From: an uncultured Candidatus Saccharibacteria bacterium
Lineage (GTDB): Bacteria; Patescibacteriota; Minisyncoccia; Phycocordibacterales; UBA918
Assembly: GCA_964601615.1 (NCBI GenBank)
Contig: CAZRNZ010000001.1
Span: 251,968 to 310,289 of the forward strand
Length of the DNA: 58,322 nt
Direction: 5' to 3'
In this document: positions 44,020-52,577 of the stretch, piece by piece
Position numbering within the stretch: the stretch's first letter is position 1
Layout: every line of letters starts with the position of its first letter
Notes under the pieces: generated by a model
Told to the model about the DNA's origin: nothing
Database searches by the model: none
What the model saw: the letters and a program-made list of their open reading frames with translations, nothing else
Translations under genes and position numbers: made by a program

Positions 44020-44268
44020 TTATTTCCTATATTTAATCAGACAAAACCTTCCTTTGGAAGGCTTATAAACTAAATCAGGATATTTTTCTACCAGCTTCCA
44101 TACACAACCGTTTACAGTTTTTGGGTGTAAATCAGAATCCCACTTAGCAACTTTTTCCAATAATTCAGACCACTGTAAGCCATTAGGATTTTTATCGAGC
44201 AGTTGCAAAAGCTTCTCATTGATTCTGCCAGTAATGGTTATTTTCTTAATGATCTTCTTCATAATCAT
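44020..44268 (-). CDS. Small winged-helix protein (Mrr_N-like fold?)
   Basis: The protein is 82 aa. LLQLLDKNPNGLQWSELLEKV.......HPKTVNGCVWKLVEKYPDLVYKPSKGRFCL resembles N-terminal winged-helix domains of Mrr-type proteins. An ATGA overlap joins it to the upstream gene. Confidence 0.45.
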   Translation of the reverse strand: MIMKKIIKKITITGRINEKLLQLLDKNPNGLQWSELLEKVAKWDSDLHPKTVNGCVWKLVEKYPDLVYKPSKGRFCLIKYRK

Positions 44269-45767
44269 TTAATCACTATAGATTTTAAAACATCTTCAAA
44301 AAATTTTCTCTTACCATCTTCTTTAATAGCGTGCACTAAAACAACCCAATCATCAGAATAAAATACAGCATAATTTGTATCAAACATTCCCACATCAGAA
44401 GAATAATAAGCAACAGGCAATCTATCCAAATCAACAATATTCAAATTCACCTCTACATCTGTATCAAACTCTGGATTAAAGTTTGATTGCGATGGATTAT
44501 TTCTTACCCACTCCTCTATTGCCTCATCCTTATTTTGTCTCTGAAACAAAGTTAGTACGACTTCTGGAAAGAAACCTCCATAATTACTTACAGCCTTTGC
44601 TCGTAATGAAGCTTCATTAAAAACTTTCTCATCATACAAAAGAATAGACCCTGCTACAAAACCATATCTTTCTTCTGGACCATCTTCTAAAAATTTTTCG
44701 AAAACAAGTTGGCTAGCAGGATAAGAAAAAGAAAACCCAGCTAACTCAGAACTATATGTTTTCAAACTATCTTTTATTTCAGAATCAATAAATACTCCCG
44801 CAAAATATTCTTCCTTATCAACTAAAGAAGTTTTTTCTACATCAATTACCGCATAAGGTTCATTATCTCCAGGAAAAGTAAGTTCAACAATAATAAACCG
44901 CCCTACATCCGAACCGTTATCTTTTTCATAACGAAGTGTACTATGATTCATTTGACCACTCGGATATAAAGTACTGAAATAAAGACCTTTTTCCGGAGTT
45001 ACATCACGCACTTCACTCGTCTCTAAGTCAAGCACATAAATAAAAGCTACCGTATCACAATCTCCAGCAGAATCACCACATTCTGGTCCAGCAACTACAG
45101 GAAATACCACTTTGGTCATTTCAGGATTCGCTATAGCATTAGAAGAATCTATACCATACCAACCAATCAATGACTCACCATCAGTCCAAATTGGCATTTC
45201 CACCGAAGCACTAGCAATCAATTCTCCGGTACTATAATCTCCTACTCCGATGTCAAAATAAGATTTTTTATCTTGTTTTATACCTAGATATTCTGATGTT
45301 AAAAAACGAGTATAGATATGCTCATCTAAAGTCTTTCTAATACATAAAGAAGTATTAATTACTTTTGCAGTTTTACTGATACGATCTACATAAAAAATAT
45401 CAGAATCACAGTAACCACCATGTCGTTCACCATTTCTGATAGTAAAAATTCCTCGCTCTTTATTATTTCCTACCAAATTTACCTTTGGCAAAATATAACG
45501 TGTTGGACCAAAACCTCTCGATGATTTCTCTTCATCAATATAAATAGGCCTGATATCACCACGATATATCTCTATAGTTGCTGGGTTAGCATAGTCATCA
45601 CGGTATATAACCTCTGCCCTGTTATTATCATACAAAACTGCATACTCATTAGCTTCGATTACCTTATTAGAAAACACTGAGAATATAACGAAAACAATAA
45701 CGAGAGAAACGAAAATAAGTATCATCAATCCTCCCCAAAAATATTTATTGAATTTTAAACCTTTCAT
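44265..45767 (-). CDS. Membrane-anchored hypothetical protein (500 aa, beta-rich ectodomain)
   Basis: It has an N-terminal TM segment (LMILIFVSLVIVFVIFSVF) and a long ORF with coding composition. I recognise no family. Confidence 0.55.
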   Translation of the reverse strand: MKGLKFNKYFWGGLMILIFVSLVIVFVIFSVFSNKVIEANEYAVLYDNNRAEVIYRDDYANPATIEIYRGDIRPIYIDEEKSSRGFGPTRYILPKVNLVGNNKERGIFTIRNGERHGGYCDSDIFYVDRISKTAKVINTSLCIRKTLDEHIYTRFLTSEYLGIKQDKKSYFDIGVGDYSTGELIASASVEMPIWTDGESLIGWYGIDSSNAIANPEMTKVVFPVVAGPECGDSAGDCDTVAFIYVLDLETSEVRDVTPEKGLYFSTLYPSGQMNHSTLRYEKDNGSDVGRFIIVELTFPGDNEPYAVIDVEKTSLVDKEEYFAGVFIDSEIKDSLKTYSSELAGFSFSYPASQLVFEKFLEDGPEERYGFVAGSILLYDEKVFNEASLRAKAVSNYGGFFPEVVLTLFQRQNKDEAIEEWVRNNPSQSNFNPEFDTDVEVNLNIVDLDRLPVAYYSSDVGMFDTNYAVFYSDDWVVLVHAIKEDGKRKFFEDVLKSIVIK

Positions 45768-45805
45768 TTAAAACCATACTTACACAACAAGTGCTTTATA
45801 GCAAA

Positions 45806-45848
45806 ATAAAAACACCAACTGAGATAACTGAATTGGTGTTTTATTTTC
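45806..45848 (-). terminator. Hairpin plus T-run downstream of tRNA-Gln
   Basis: The stem aacaccaa....ttggtgtt has A/T runs on both sides (aaaataaaa / ttttatttt). Confidence 0.55.
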
Positions 45849-45850
45849 CC

Positions 45851-45938
45851 ATTCAAAGCTGCCGGACTAGGACTCGAACCTAGATGACAGGTGCCAGAAA
45901 CCTGCATCCTACCATTAGATGATCCGGCAGCTTTGAAT
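45851..45938. repeat. 16-bp perfect inverted repeat bracketing tRNA-Gln (acceptor stem extended by 9 bp into leader and trailer)
   Basis: attcaaagctgccgga (45851-45866) is the exact reverse complement of tccggcagctttgaat (45923-45938). Confidence 0.9.
45859..45929 (-). tRNA. tRNA-Gln (anticodon CUG), no encoded CCA
   Basis: The hand-folded cloverleaf has acceptor UGCCGGA/UCCGGCA (U1-A72), U8 and D stem AUCU/GGAU. The anticodon stem is CAGGU/ACCUG with loop UUCUGGC. The T arm is CUAGG-UUCGAGU-CCUAG and the discriminator is G73. U1-A72 with G73 is the classical tRNA-Gln identity set. Confidence 0.88.
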
Positions 45939-45982
45939 ACGAAGCGGGGTTAGATTAACATATTATTCGTATTTTTTTAAGT

Positions 45983-46639
45983 CTATTTGTTCTTATAGGG
46001 TGGCTTCAAAGTTTCCTCCAAAAACCAATTACACTGATTATTTTTTATTGCCCGCTGGCAAGAAAAACGCAAAATTCCCGTATTTTTTACATTGTCACGC
46101 CCCATCATACAAATAATAAATTTATATAAAGAAATCGGTTTTCTAAAACACACAGTTTCTGCAAAACTGGTCATAAAAATTCGATGTGATACTACAGCAA
46201 TATTTTTGCCAGACAAATTTTCTATAGTTAAGCGAGCTTTCTCTACTCGATTCCTGATAAGAAACATATTTTCAGAGCCATCATCTTTCCAGTTTTCTTT
46301 ATTTCTTCCTAAAGAAAATCTAAAGAAAAATCCAAGAGAGGGTAAAGAAAAATAATTTCTTCCATGAATTTCTACAGGAACCATAAATTCCCGTAATACC
46401 TCATCCTGTAAAATCTCTATACCTAATCTTTCAGAAATATATCCTGCTGTTTCAACAGCTCTTTTGTAGTCACTACAAATAATAGTGTCGATATTTTTAT
46501 CAACTAAAAACTGCGCCAAGTCAGCAGCTTGCGATTTACCATTTTCATTTATATGTTCGTTTGGACTCTGGTGAACTAAAGACTTATTTTTATTGGTCTG
46601 ACCATGTCTAATGAAATAAACGCTTTTTATTTCTGACAT
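45983..46639 (-). CDS. Histidine phosphatase (phosphoglycerate-mutase-like) family protein
   Basis: It has the catalytic RHG motif (VYFIRHGQT) and the downstream SHR region (VVSHRIF). Confidence 0.8.
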   Translation of the reverse strand: MSEIKSVYFIRHGQTNKNKSLVHQSPNEHINENGKSQAADLAQFLVDKNIDTIICSDYKRAVETAGYISERLGIEILQDEVLREFMVPVEIHGRNYFSLPSLGFFFRFSLGRNKENWKDDGSENMFLIRNRVEKARLTIENLSGKNIAVVSHRIFMTSFAETVCFRKPISLYKFIICMMGRDNVKNTGILRFSCQRAIKNNQCNWFLEETLKPPYKNK

Positions 46640-47661
46640 AAATCAATAACAGCAACTTCTAATGGCAGAGTTGGGATTGGTGAACGTGAAGTTTGTTCGG
46701 TTGCGTCGAGTAACCGCAGAAGCAAGTGTGAGTTAATAGTTGTAGCACCTTCTGTTACAAGTGAATCAAGTAACTTAGCATCATCCGCACCAAACTGTGC
46801 AAAGATTTTCACTTTATTGGCAGGCAGGTTTCTTGCCAACATCACTGCCCTTACTCGCTCCAAGAGAAGTCGCATAAATATTTTCATATCAGCGCCAGCA
46901 GCAACCACTTCCTCTATTACTAGAAGTGCTTCCTCAACATTCTTACTTCCTAAGGCTTTAATAATTCTAATTAAGAATTCATTTTTAGGAGCACCAATAA
47001 TCAAAGCTACTTCATCGACTTCACCAGCATTATCGCCAGAAGCCATAGCAACTTTTTGTAAAATACTTAAAGCATCACGAAACGAACCATCCGCTGCCAG
47101 CGCCACCAAATCGGCGGCTTCTGGCGATAAATGAAACCCTTCTTTTTTTGCTACATCACTAACAACATCCTTCAAAACGGCTCTTGAAGGCTCTCTAAAA
47201 TTAAATACCTGACAACGAGACTTGATTGTATCAAGCAGTTTTTCCTCCTCAGTTGTCGCTAAGATAAACACCACATGAGAAGGTGGTTCTTCCAAGGTTT
47301 TCAAAAGTGCATTAAAGGCTTCCTTAGTAAGCATGTGCACCTCGTCAATAATATAGACCTTGTATTTCGATTCGTAAGGCAAAGTATGTACTGCCTCACG
47401 CAGTTCACGAATATCATCAATACCACGATTAGAGGCAGCGTCTATCTCATAGAGATCAACTGCAGATGTACCAATTGCTCCAGCAAATAATCTGGCGGTC
47501 GTAGTTTTTCCAGTACCTCTGCCACCACAAAAAAGTAAGGCATGAGGGATAGCATCTTTCTTGATCGCACCTTCCAATACAGACACGATATGATCCTGAT
47601 CTTTCACTTCAAGGAAAGCTGCTGGGCGATATTTTCTATACAAAGCAATGGTTTCTGACAT
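46627..47661 (-). CDS. dnaX: DNA polymerase III subunit gamma/tau, short form (domains I-III only)
   Basis: LYRKYRP..F.EV.DQDHIV, the Walker A GGRGTGKTT, the DEVH box (IIDEVHML) and the SRC motif (KSRCQVF) are present. I chose the start at MSETIALY (47661). The protein ends after about 344 aa. Confidence 0.9.
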   Translation of the reverse strand: MSETIALYRKYRPAAFLEVKDQDHIVSVLEGAIKKDAIPHALLFCGGRGTGKTTTARLFAGAIGTSAVDLYEIDAASNRGIDDIRELREAVHTLPYESKYKVYIIDEVHMLTKEAFNALLKTLEEPPSHVVFILATTEEEKLLDTIKSRCQVFNFREPSRAVLKDVVSDVAKKEGFHLSPEAADLVALAADGSFRDALSILQKVAMASGDNAGEVDEVALIIGAPKNEFLIRIIKALGSKNVEEALLVIEEVVAAGADMKIFMRLLLERVRAVMLARNLPANKVKIFAQFGADDAKLLDSLVTEGATTINSHLLLRLLDATEQTSRSPIPTLPLEVAVIDLCQK

Positions 47662-47706
47662 ACGTCTCATAGTATACCGCATCCAAGAGCATGTTTAAAA
47701 AGACAA

Positions 47707-47740
47707 TAAAATAGGCCGGATATCCGACCTATTTTATTTC
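47707..47740 (-). terminator. Intrinsic terminator after the YtxH-like gene, upstream of dnaX
   Basis: The hairpin ataggccgga-ta-tccgacctat has one mismatch. It is flanked by aaaat on the left and tttatttc on the right. Confidence 0.6.
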
Positions 47741-47742
47741 AA

Positions 47743-48204
47743 TTATCTTCGAGAGACTTTTTTCGCCACTTTCTTTACTGCTTTCTTGGCAGTCTTTTTA
47801 GCTGTAGTAGCTTTTTTTGCAGCTTTCTTGACTACCTTTTTTGCAGTACCTTTTGCTTTCTTGGCATTACCTTGCATTGTACGCCAATGAGTCATCATCT
47901 CTTTTCTAAAAGCAGATAATTCATTCTTAGAAATATCATTTGCTCTTTCATATGCTTCTACTGCCTTTTCAACAGCTCGTTGATATTCCTCTGCACTAAT
48001 ATTTTTTGCTTTTTCTACTGCCTCTAGGATTTCACCCTTAGCTTTCAATGACCAGCTTTTTACCTTCTTGCGGTTCTTGGCGGCATCTGGACTACCATAA
48101 AGAAAGTAGCTTCCGGCTGCAGCCGCTGCGGCAGCTGTCAAAGCAACACCGATACCAACTTTTTCACCACCACTTAGACCATTCTTCTTTTTAGTCTTTG
48201 CCAT
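47743..48204 (-). CDS. YtxH-like membrane-associated protein with a Lys/Ala-rich histone-H1-like tail
   Basis: It has a hydrophobic Ala-rich segment and a YtxH-like helix. The C-terminal tail is KKAKGTAKKVVKKAAKKATTAKKTAKKAVKKVAKK. Confidence 0.6.
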   Translation of the reverse strand: MAKTKKKNGLSGGEKVGIGVALTAAAAAAAGSYFLYGSPDAAKNRKKVKSWSLKAKGEILEAVEKAKNISAEEYQRAVEKAVEAYERANDISKNELSAFRKEMMTHWRTMQGNAKKAKGTAKKVVKKAAKKATTAKKTAKKAVKKVAKKVSRR

Positions 48205-48232
48205 AAAAATAATAAATTATAAATAAATTGAA

Positions 48233-48514
48233 CTAATCGTCTTTCTTCTTTCGTCTTTTTGGTTTTAAATCACTAGACTTAGCGAAGAGACCGATAATTT
48301 GTGATATCAAACTTCTTTCAGCTACATAGCTACGAAGCTGTTTAATATCCTCCGCTAACATTTCACTTTTTTCATCAATGCGTGAAGTTATTCGACTAAC
48401 TGCGCGCAAAATCTTTATCACGTAGACAGCAGCGATACAGAGAAGTAGGGTCAGTGCCACTACGGAAGCAGAAGTAATTAAAAAGAAAATGTTTGTTTGT
48501 AATACTTCGGTCAT
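48233..48514 (-). CDS. Small single-TM protein (DUF948-like)
   Basis: It has an N-terminal TM segment followed by a coiled helix. It lies adjacent to the YtxH-like gene, as in the ytxG/ytxH-type pairs of other bacteria. Confidence 0.55.
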   Translation of the reverse strand: MTEVLQTNIFFLITSASVVALTLLLCIAAVYVIKILRAVSRITSRIDEKSEMLAEDIKQLRSYVAERSLISQIIGLFAKSSDLKPKRRKKKDD

Positions 48515-48565
48515 AACTTAAGTATAACTCCCCTAAATAAAAGCAAAGTGACTTATTAACATAAA

Positions 48566-48592
48566 GCCCTCGCAAAAAATATTTGCGAGGGC
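48566..48592 (-). terminator. Hairpin after the GC-islet small gene
   Basis: The hairpin gccctcgcaaa-aaata-tttgcgagggc has an 11-bp stem. Only a weak T-run follows on the minus strand (tttatgt). Confidence 0.45.
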
Positions 48593-48651
48593 ATTAGTTA
48601 CCTAGATTCATTCTGAGTAATCCTTGGGGGTGTCATTATTGTTTGAGTGAA

Positions 48652-48969
48652 CTACTCAGTACGTGGTATGAAGATATAATTCGCACTCACCACGTCAGTC
48701 ACAAACCTCTTGTGACTGACGGGCGAAGGCATCTCACTCAATTGAGGCCCGACATAGCGGACGACGTAAGTCTTCACCATGCGATTCTTTGGACGAAGGA
48801 CTTCATCCTTGGCCACAGCCGGCAGAGCAACCGGAGCTTCCCGGACAGTTTCCGAACCAAAGAAATTCGGAGCCTTGAATTGCTGGACAAAATGCATCCC
48901 AACAAGTCCGAGGCAGACGATTGCAACTGCTGCTGCAAGTACACCAAAGTTATAAAGGGACTTTTTCAC
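48652..48969 (-). CDS. Small membrane-anchored hypothetical protein in a GC-rich islet
   Basis: The GTG start is preceded by a strong AAGGAGG 6 nt upstream, which is rare in this window. It has an N-terminal TM segment (FGVLAAAVAIVCLGLVG). I prefer it over the overlapping plus-strand ORF. Confidence 0.55.
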   Translation of the reverse strand: MKKSLYNFGVLAAAVAIVCLGLVGMHFVQQFKAPNFFGSETVREAPVALPAVAKDEVLRPKNRMVKTYVVRYVGPQLSEMPSPVSHKRFVTDVVSANYIFIPRTE

Positions 48970-49019
48970 GATGACCTCCTTATGGTCTTGAATCTTCTAC
49001 TGTTTTGACTATACCATAT

Positions 49020-50111
49020 TTAGTCTAAAATTGCAAGTCTTTTCTTCACAATCTGTTCAACCTCAATAGAATCAGCCGCTTCCATGAGCTCCATACGTAA
49101 ATCCTTAGCATCAGGAAAACCGTTACAATAAGCCTTATAATGCTTTTTCATAATAGCAAAACTCTTATGTGGTAATAATTCTTCAAAGAGTTTTGAGTGC
49201 TCAACTAAGACATTTAATCTTTCTTTAATTGATATAATTTCTATATCTGAATTACTTGAATTATTACTAGAAAAATTACTGTCTGGAGCATGATGATATG
49301 GCAATGAAGTAGCAACAGACTCTACTCTTTCACTAAGTCTTTTGGTTGGATGGAATAACCAAGGGTTACCGAAAATAGCGCGACCAAGCATTACTCCGTC
49401 GGCGCGCGAAAGCTTTGCTTTCGCGCATGCATCTTCAATCGACATCGCGTCTCCATTACCAAAAATTAATGTCTCACTACCAAGCTCATCTCTTATTTCC
49501 ACAGCTCTAGCAACACGCTCCCAACGAGCCGGTACTTTTGACATATCCTTGCGGGTCCTGGCATGCACAGTGATTACTGCTGGTTCTTCAGCCAATAGTT
49601 GTGGCAACCATTCTTCGAGTTCGTCTTGATTGTAACCAAGACGAGTCTTCACTGAAACAGGCATACTTCCCGCCCCTCTTTTTGCTGCCCTGATTATTGC
49701 TCGAGCCTTTTCAGGATTTTTAATCATCGCCGAGCCACAACCTTGTTTTTCAATTCCTCTATCAGGACAACCCATATTGATATCAATTCCATCAAAACCA
49801 AGCTCCAAGCAAAGTCGAGCTGCTTGTTCCATATATTCTTCGTTAGAAGTAAATAGCTGTGCCACAATCGGCCTCTCTTCTTCCGAGTAAAGTAAATCAG
49901 CCATTAGTTTTTTACGACCTTCCTCAGGTGCGCGAGCAAGTCCATCAGCTGAAACAAATTCTGTCCAAAAAACATCAGCACCTCCAACAGTTCCATCTTT
50001 TCTAGTATGACTTGAGTACTTAGCAATCATGCGACGAAAAGCCACGTCGGTGACATCAGCCATCGGCGCCAACACAAGTATTGGTTTTGGTAATTCTTTC
50101 CAGAATGACAT
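49020..50111 (-). CDS. dus: tRNA-dihydrouridine synthase
   Basis: LVLAPMADVTDVAFRRM, the FMN-binding TIM-barrel motifs (DINMGCP, VKTRLG) and a C-terminal helical domain are present. I chose the start at MSFWKEL (50111). The ORF-track start of 50174 would overlap the ftsQ-like gene. Confidence 0.88.
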   Translation of the reverse strand: MSFWKELPKPILVLAPMADVTDVAFRRMIAKYSSHTRKDGTVGGADVFWTEFVSADGLARAPEEGRKKLMADLLYSEEERPIVAQLFTSNEEYMEQAARLCLELGFDGIDINMGCPDRGIEKQGCGSAMIKNPEKARAIIRAAKRGAGSMPVSVKTRLGYNQDELEEWLPQLLAEEPAVITVHARTRKDMSKVPARWERVARAVEIRDELGSETLIFGNGDAMSIEDACAKAKLSRADGVMLGRAIFGNPWLFHPTKRLSERVESVATSLPYHHAPDSNFSSNNSSNSDIEIISIKERLNVLVEHSKLFEELLPHKSFAIMKKHYKAYCNGFPDAKDLRMELMEAADSIEVEQIVKKRLAILD

Positions 50112-50118
50112 ATTAAAA

Positions 50119-51114
50119 TTATTCTTCATTTTCTTCCTCTTCAGATTCTGAGACAAAATCTTCTCCTGATTCAACCGCCGAAGTCGCCTCCACTCTCATT
50201 TCTCGCACAATAGTATCCAGGGCAGGCGTCGAAGCAATAGCAGTATTATCATCTTCTACCTCATCTGACAATGTTTCTTCATTAACAAAAACTTTATTTC
50301 CAAAGCGTAAGTCGATATATTGAAAATTATTTGCATCTAGATGGGAGAATTCTTTCACACTCAAAATTGAGTTAAGATTATTAAAAGTCTCCTCCACGGA
50401 TTGATTTGTATTAATTTTCAGGACACCTCCGCCATTTAGATATATATGCACCTCGTCATTTGTTACACGCTCAATATAAGAAACTCCGAATCCAAGATCT
50501 TTGATAACCAAAAATGCTAAGCGATTGGTCAAACTCATGAAAGCTGCATCAAAAGGTTTTTCTTTTTCTTTTACTTCGATATTCGAGTCATAATATCGAA
50601 GCATAGAAGAGCCAACCAAATCTGGCGACTGCTTAAATGCATATCCTTCTATATCAAGAAAAATACAATTACGGCCCTCTTTATCAGAACACCAGAGTGC
50701 AAAAGGATAATATTCTTCGATAGAAATAATTAAAGAATTTTTGTCTACCAATTCTAATGAGGCACTTTTGAGTCTTGGTACTTCCTTTAATTTTGCTTGA
50801 ATCTCTTCTTCGGGATATGTCCAAGTGAATCTCTTTGGTACAAAACGGTAATATTCTCCAGCCAATTCAGCTTCAGCTACTTTACGTACTTCTTCGTGCG
50901 ATATTGTTTCCCCGCCTTTAACCTCAACAGAAGTAATAGTAAGAAATTCTAATCTGACTCCGTACCAAATAGTTAATCCAATCAATCCAAGGAATAGAAA
51001 GACAATTATGCCAAAAGCTAGATTTTGCCAAAAGTTGGTACGACGCGAGCTTTGCTCGCGTCGTACCTTATTTGCAGAAACCGGCCTCCTTCTTTTCACT
51101 TGCTTCGGACTCAT
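50119..51114 (-). CDS. ftsQ: FtsQ/DivIB-type cell-division protein (POTRA domain) with an acidic C-terminal tail
   Basis: It has a basic N-terminus, a single TM segment, then a POTRA-like segment (LTITSVEVKGGETISHEEVRKV). The size and topology match FtsQ. Confidence 0.65.
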   Translation of the reverse strand: MSPKQVKRRRPVSANKVRREQSSRRTNFWQNLAFGIIVFLFLGLIGLTIWYGVRLEFLTITSVEVKGGETISHEEVRKVAEAELAGEYYRFVPKRFTWTYPEEEIQAKLKEVPRLKSASLELVDKNSLIISIEEYYPFALWCSDKEGRNCIFLDIEGYAFKQSPDLVGSSMLRYYDSNIEVKEKEKPFDAAFMSLTNRLAFLVIKDLGFGVSYIERVTNDEVHIYLNGGGVLKINTNQSVEETFNNLNSILSVKEFSHLDANNFQYIDLRFGNKVFVNEETLSDEVEDDNTAIASTPALDTIVREMRVEATSAVESGEDFVSESEEEENEE

Positions 51115-51130
51115 GGCTGATATGTTAGCA

Positions 51131-51172
51131 CAAAAATAAGCAGGGGCGACTTCGTCGCCCCTGCTTATTTAA
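51131..51172 (-). terminator. Intrinsic terminator after serS
   Basis: The hairpin ataagcaggggcgac-ttc-gtcgcccctgcttat has a 15-bp perfect stem. ttttgtgc follows on the minus strand. Confidence 0.85.
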
Positions 51173-51188
51173 CCCCCTACTTCAAATA

Positions 51189-52451
51189 TTATCCCAAAAT
51201 CTCCTTACCAATATATTTCTGCAGCACTTCTGGCACTTTCACAGTTCCATCAGCTTGCTGGAAGTTTTCCACCAACGAAACTAGGATTCTCGGTGTTGGA
51301 ATTGCCGTACAGTTCAATGAGTGAGCGTAGCGTAACCTCCCTTCACCATCACGATAACGAATATTGAATCGGCGAGTCTGGAAATCATGGAAATATGAAG
51401 CTGAACTAATTTCACGATATTTCTCTTCACCTGGAACCCAAAGTTCAATGTCATATTTCTTCACCTGACCTTGTCCGATATCAGCACCACAGTTGAGTAC
51501 CGTGCGGTAAGGAATTCCCAGAGATTCGATAAACTCTTCAGTGTTTCGGTTTAACCATTCGTGCCACTTCACACTTTCTTCATGTGAAGCCTCACATAAA
51601 ACCACTTGCTCAATCTTATAAAATTCATGTACACGAATCAGACCTTTTACATCCTTACCATGACTTCCGGCTTCACGACGAAAACATGGAGAAAATGAAA
51701 GATGACGAATTGGAAATTGTCCTTGTTCCAAAACATCGTCAGAGTAATAACCCATGGTGGAAACCTCACTTGTACCAATCAAATAATCCCCGTCCTGAGT
51801 GTTGTAAACATCTTCAGCCTCATTTGGTAAATGCCCAGTACCATAAAGATTTGCTTTGCGCACAATAGCTGGCGGAAGCATTGGACTAAAACCCTTCTTC
51901 AAGAAAAACTCCTGAGCATAATTCCAAATTGCCCAAGAAAGTAGTGCTCCATCATTAATAAGATAGTAACCACGGAAACCATGTACCTTTGTACCACGCT
52001 CAAAATCTACCATTTTGAGTTTTTCCATTATTTCAATATGGTCTTTAGCAACAAAACTAAACTTTGCTTTTTCACCCCAAGTCTTAAACTCCACATTGTC
52101 AGCATCGCTATTTCCGTCTGGCACAGACATGTCAGGAATATTTGGTACCTGCAACATCAAAGATTGCCACTCTTCCATAATTGGCTTAAGTGACTCTTCG
52201 TCTTTTTGGATATCAGACTTTAACTCCTGCATATCCTTAATCATGACCGCTCGAGCAGTCTGATCCTTCTCCATAGAAATACGACGAGAAGCCATGTTCT
52301 GTTCAGCTTTCTTACCTTCCAGAATAGTAGTTATTTCGCGACGACTATCATCAATCTGAACTAATCTGTCCAAATCAATTTTTATCTTTTTCTTTTGTGC
52401 AGCCAGCTTTACGATATCCAGATTTTCGCGGATGAATTTAATGTCTAACAT
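51189..52451 (-). CDS. serS: Seryl-tRNA synthetase
   Basis: It has an N-terminal coiled-coil arm (MLDIKFIREN). Class II motifs are present, including FRRE (CFRREAGS), TEV and the GxGxGxxR-type motif 3 region. Confidence 0.95.
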   Translation of the reverse strand: MLDIKFIRENLDIVKLAAQKKKIKIDLDRLVQIDDSRREITTILEGKKAEQNMASRRISMEKDQTARAVMIKDMQELKSDIQKDEESLKPIMEEWQSLMLQVPNIPDMSVPDGNSDADNVEFKTWGEKAKFSFVAKDHIEIMEKLKMVDFERGTKVHGFRGYYLINDGALLSWAIWNYAQEFFLKKGFSPMLPPAIVRKANLYGTGHLPNEAEDVYNTQDGDYLIGTSEVSTMGYYSDDVLEQGQFPIRHLSFSPCFRREAGSHGKDVKGLIRVHEFYKIEQVVLCEASHEESVKWHEWLNRNTEEFIESLGIPYRTVLNCGADIGQGQVKKYDIELWVPGEEKYREISSASYFHDFQTRRFNIRYRDGEGRLRYAHSLNCTAIPTPRILVSLVENFQQADGTVKVPEVLQKYIGKEILG

Positions 52452-52545
52452 AACTTAGGTGATAGGTTTCAATATTTTGGGTTTGAGGGGCAAGGCTTCG
52501 CCGCACCCCATCACAAACATGATTATACAATACCTGTGAACAAGC

Positions 52546-52577
52546 AAAAAGAAAAGCCGAGCAATAATTTGCTCGGC
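52546..52577 (-). terminator. Intrinsic terminator (or attenuator) inside the serS-dprA spacer
   Basis: On the minus strand the sequence reads gccgagcaa-atta-ttgctcggc-ttttcttttt. Confidence 0.75.

Noticed and set aside
45768-45982. tRNA-Gln as an integration site of a mobile or genomic island.
   Set aside because: There is no integrase, no duplicated partial tRNA 3' end (att-like direct repeat), and no compositional break on either side. The inverted repeat belongs to the tRNA precursor itself.
48643-49008. Plus-strand ORF of 121 aa overlapping the minus-strand 105-aa ORF.
   Set aside because: It has no ribosome-binding site or TM/signal feature. The minus-strand ORF has AAGGAGG at ideal spacing and an N-terminal TM helix. 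Open frames on both strands are expected in a GC-rich patch, so neither is fully proven.
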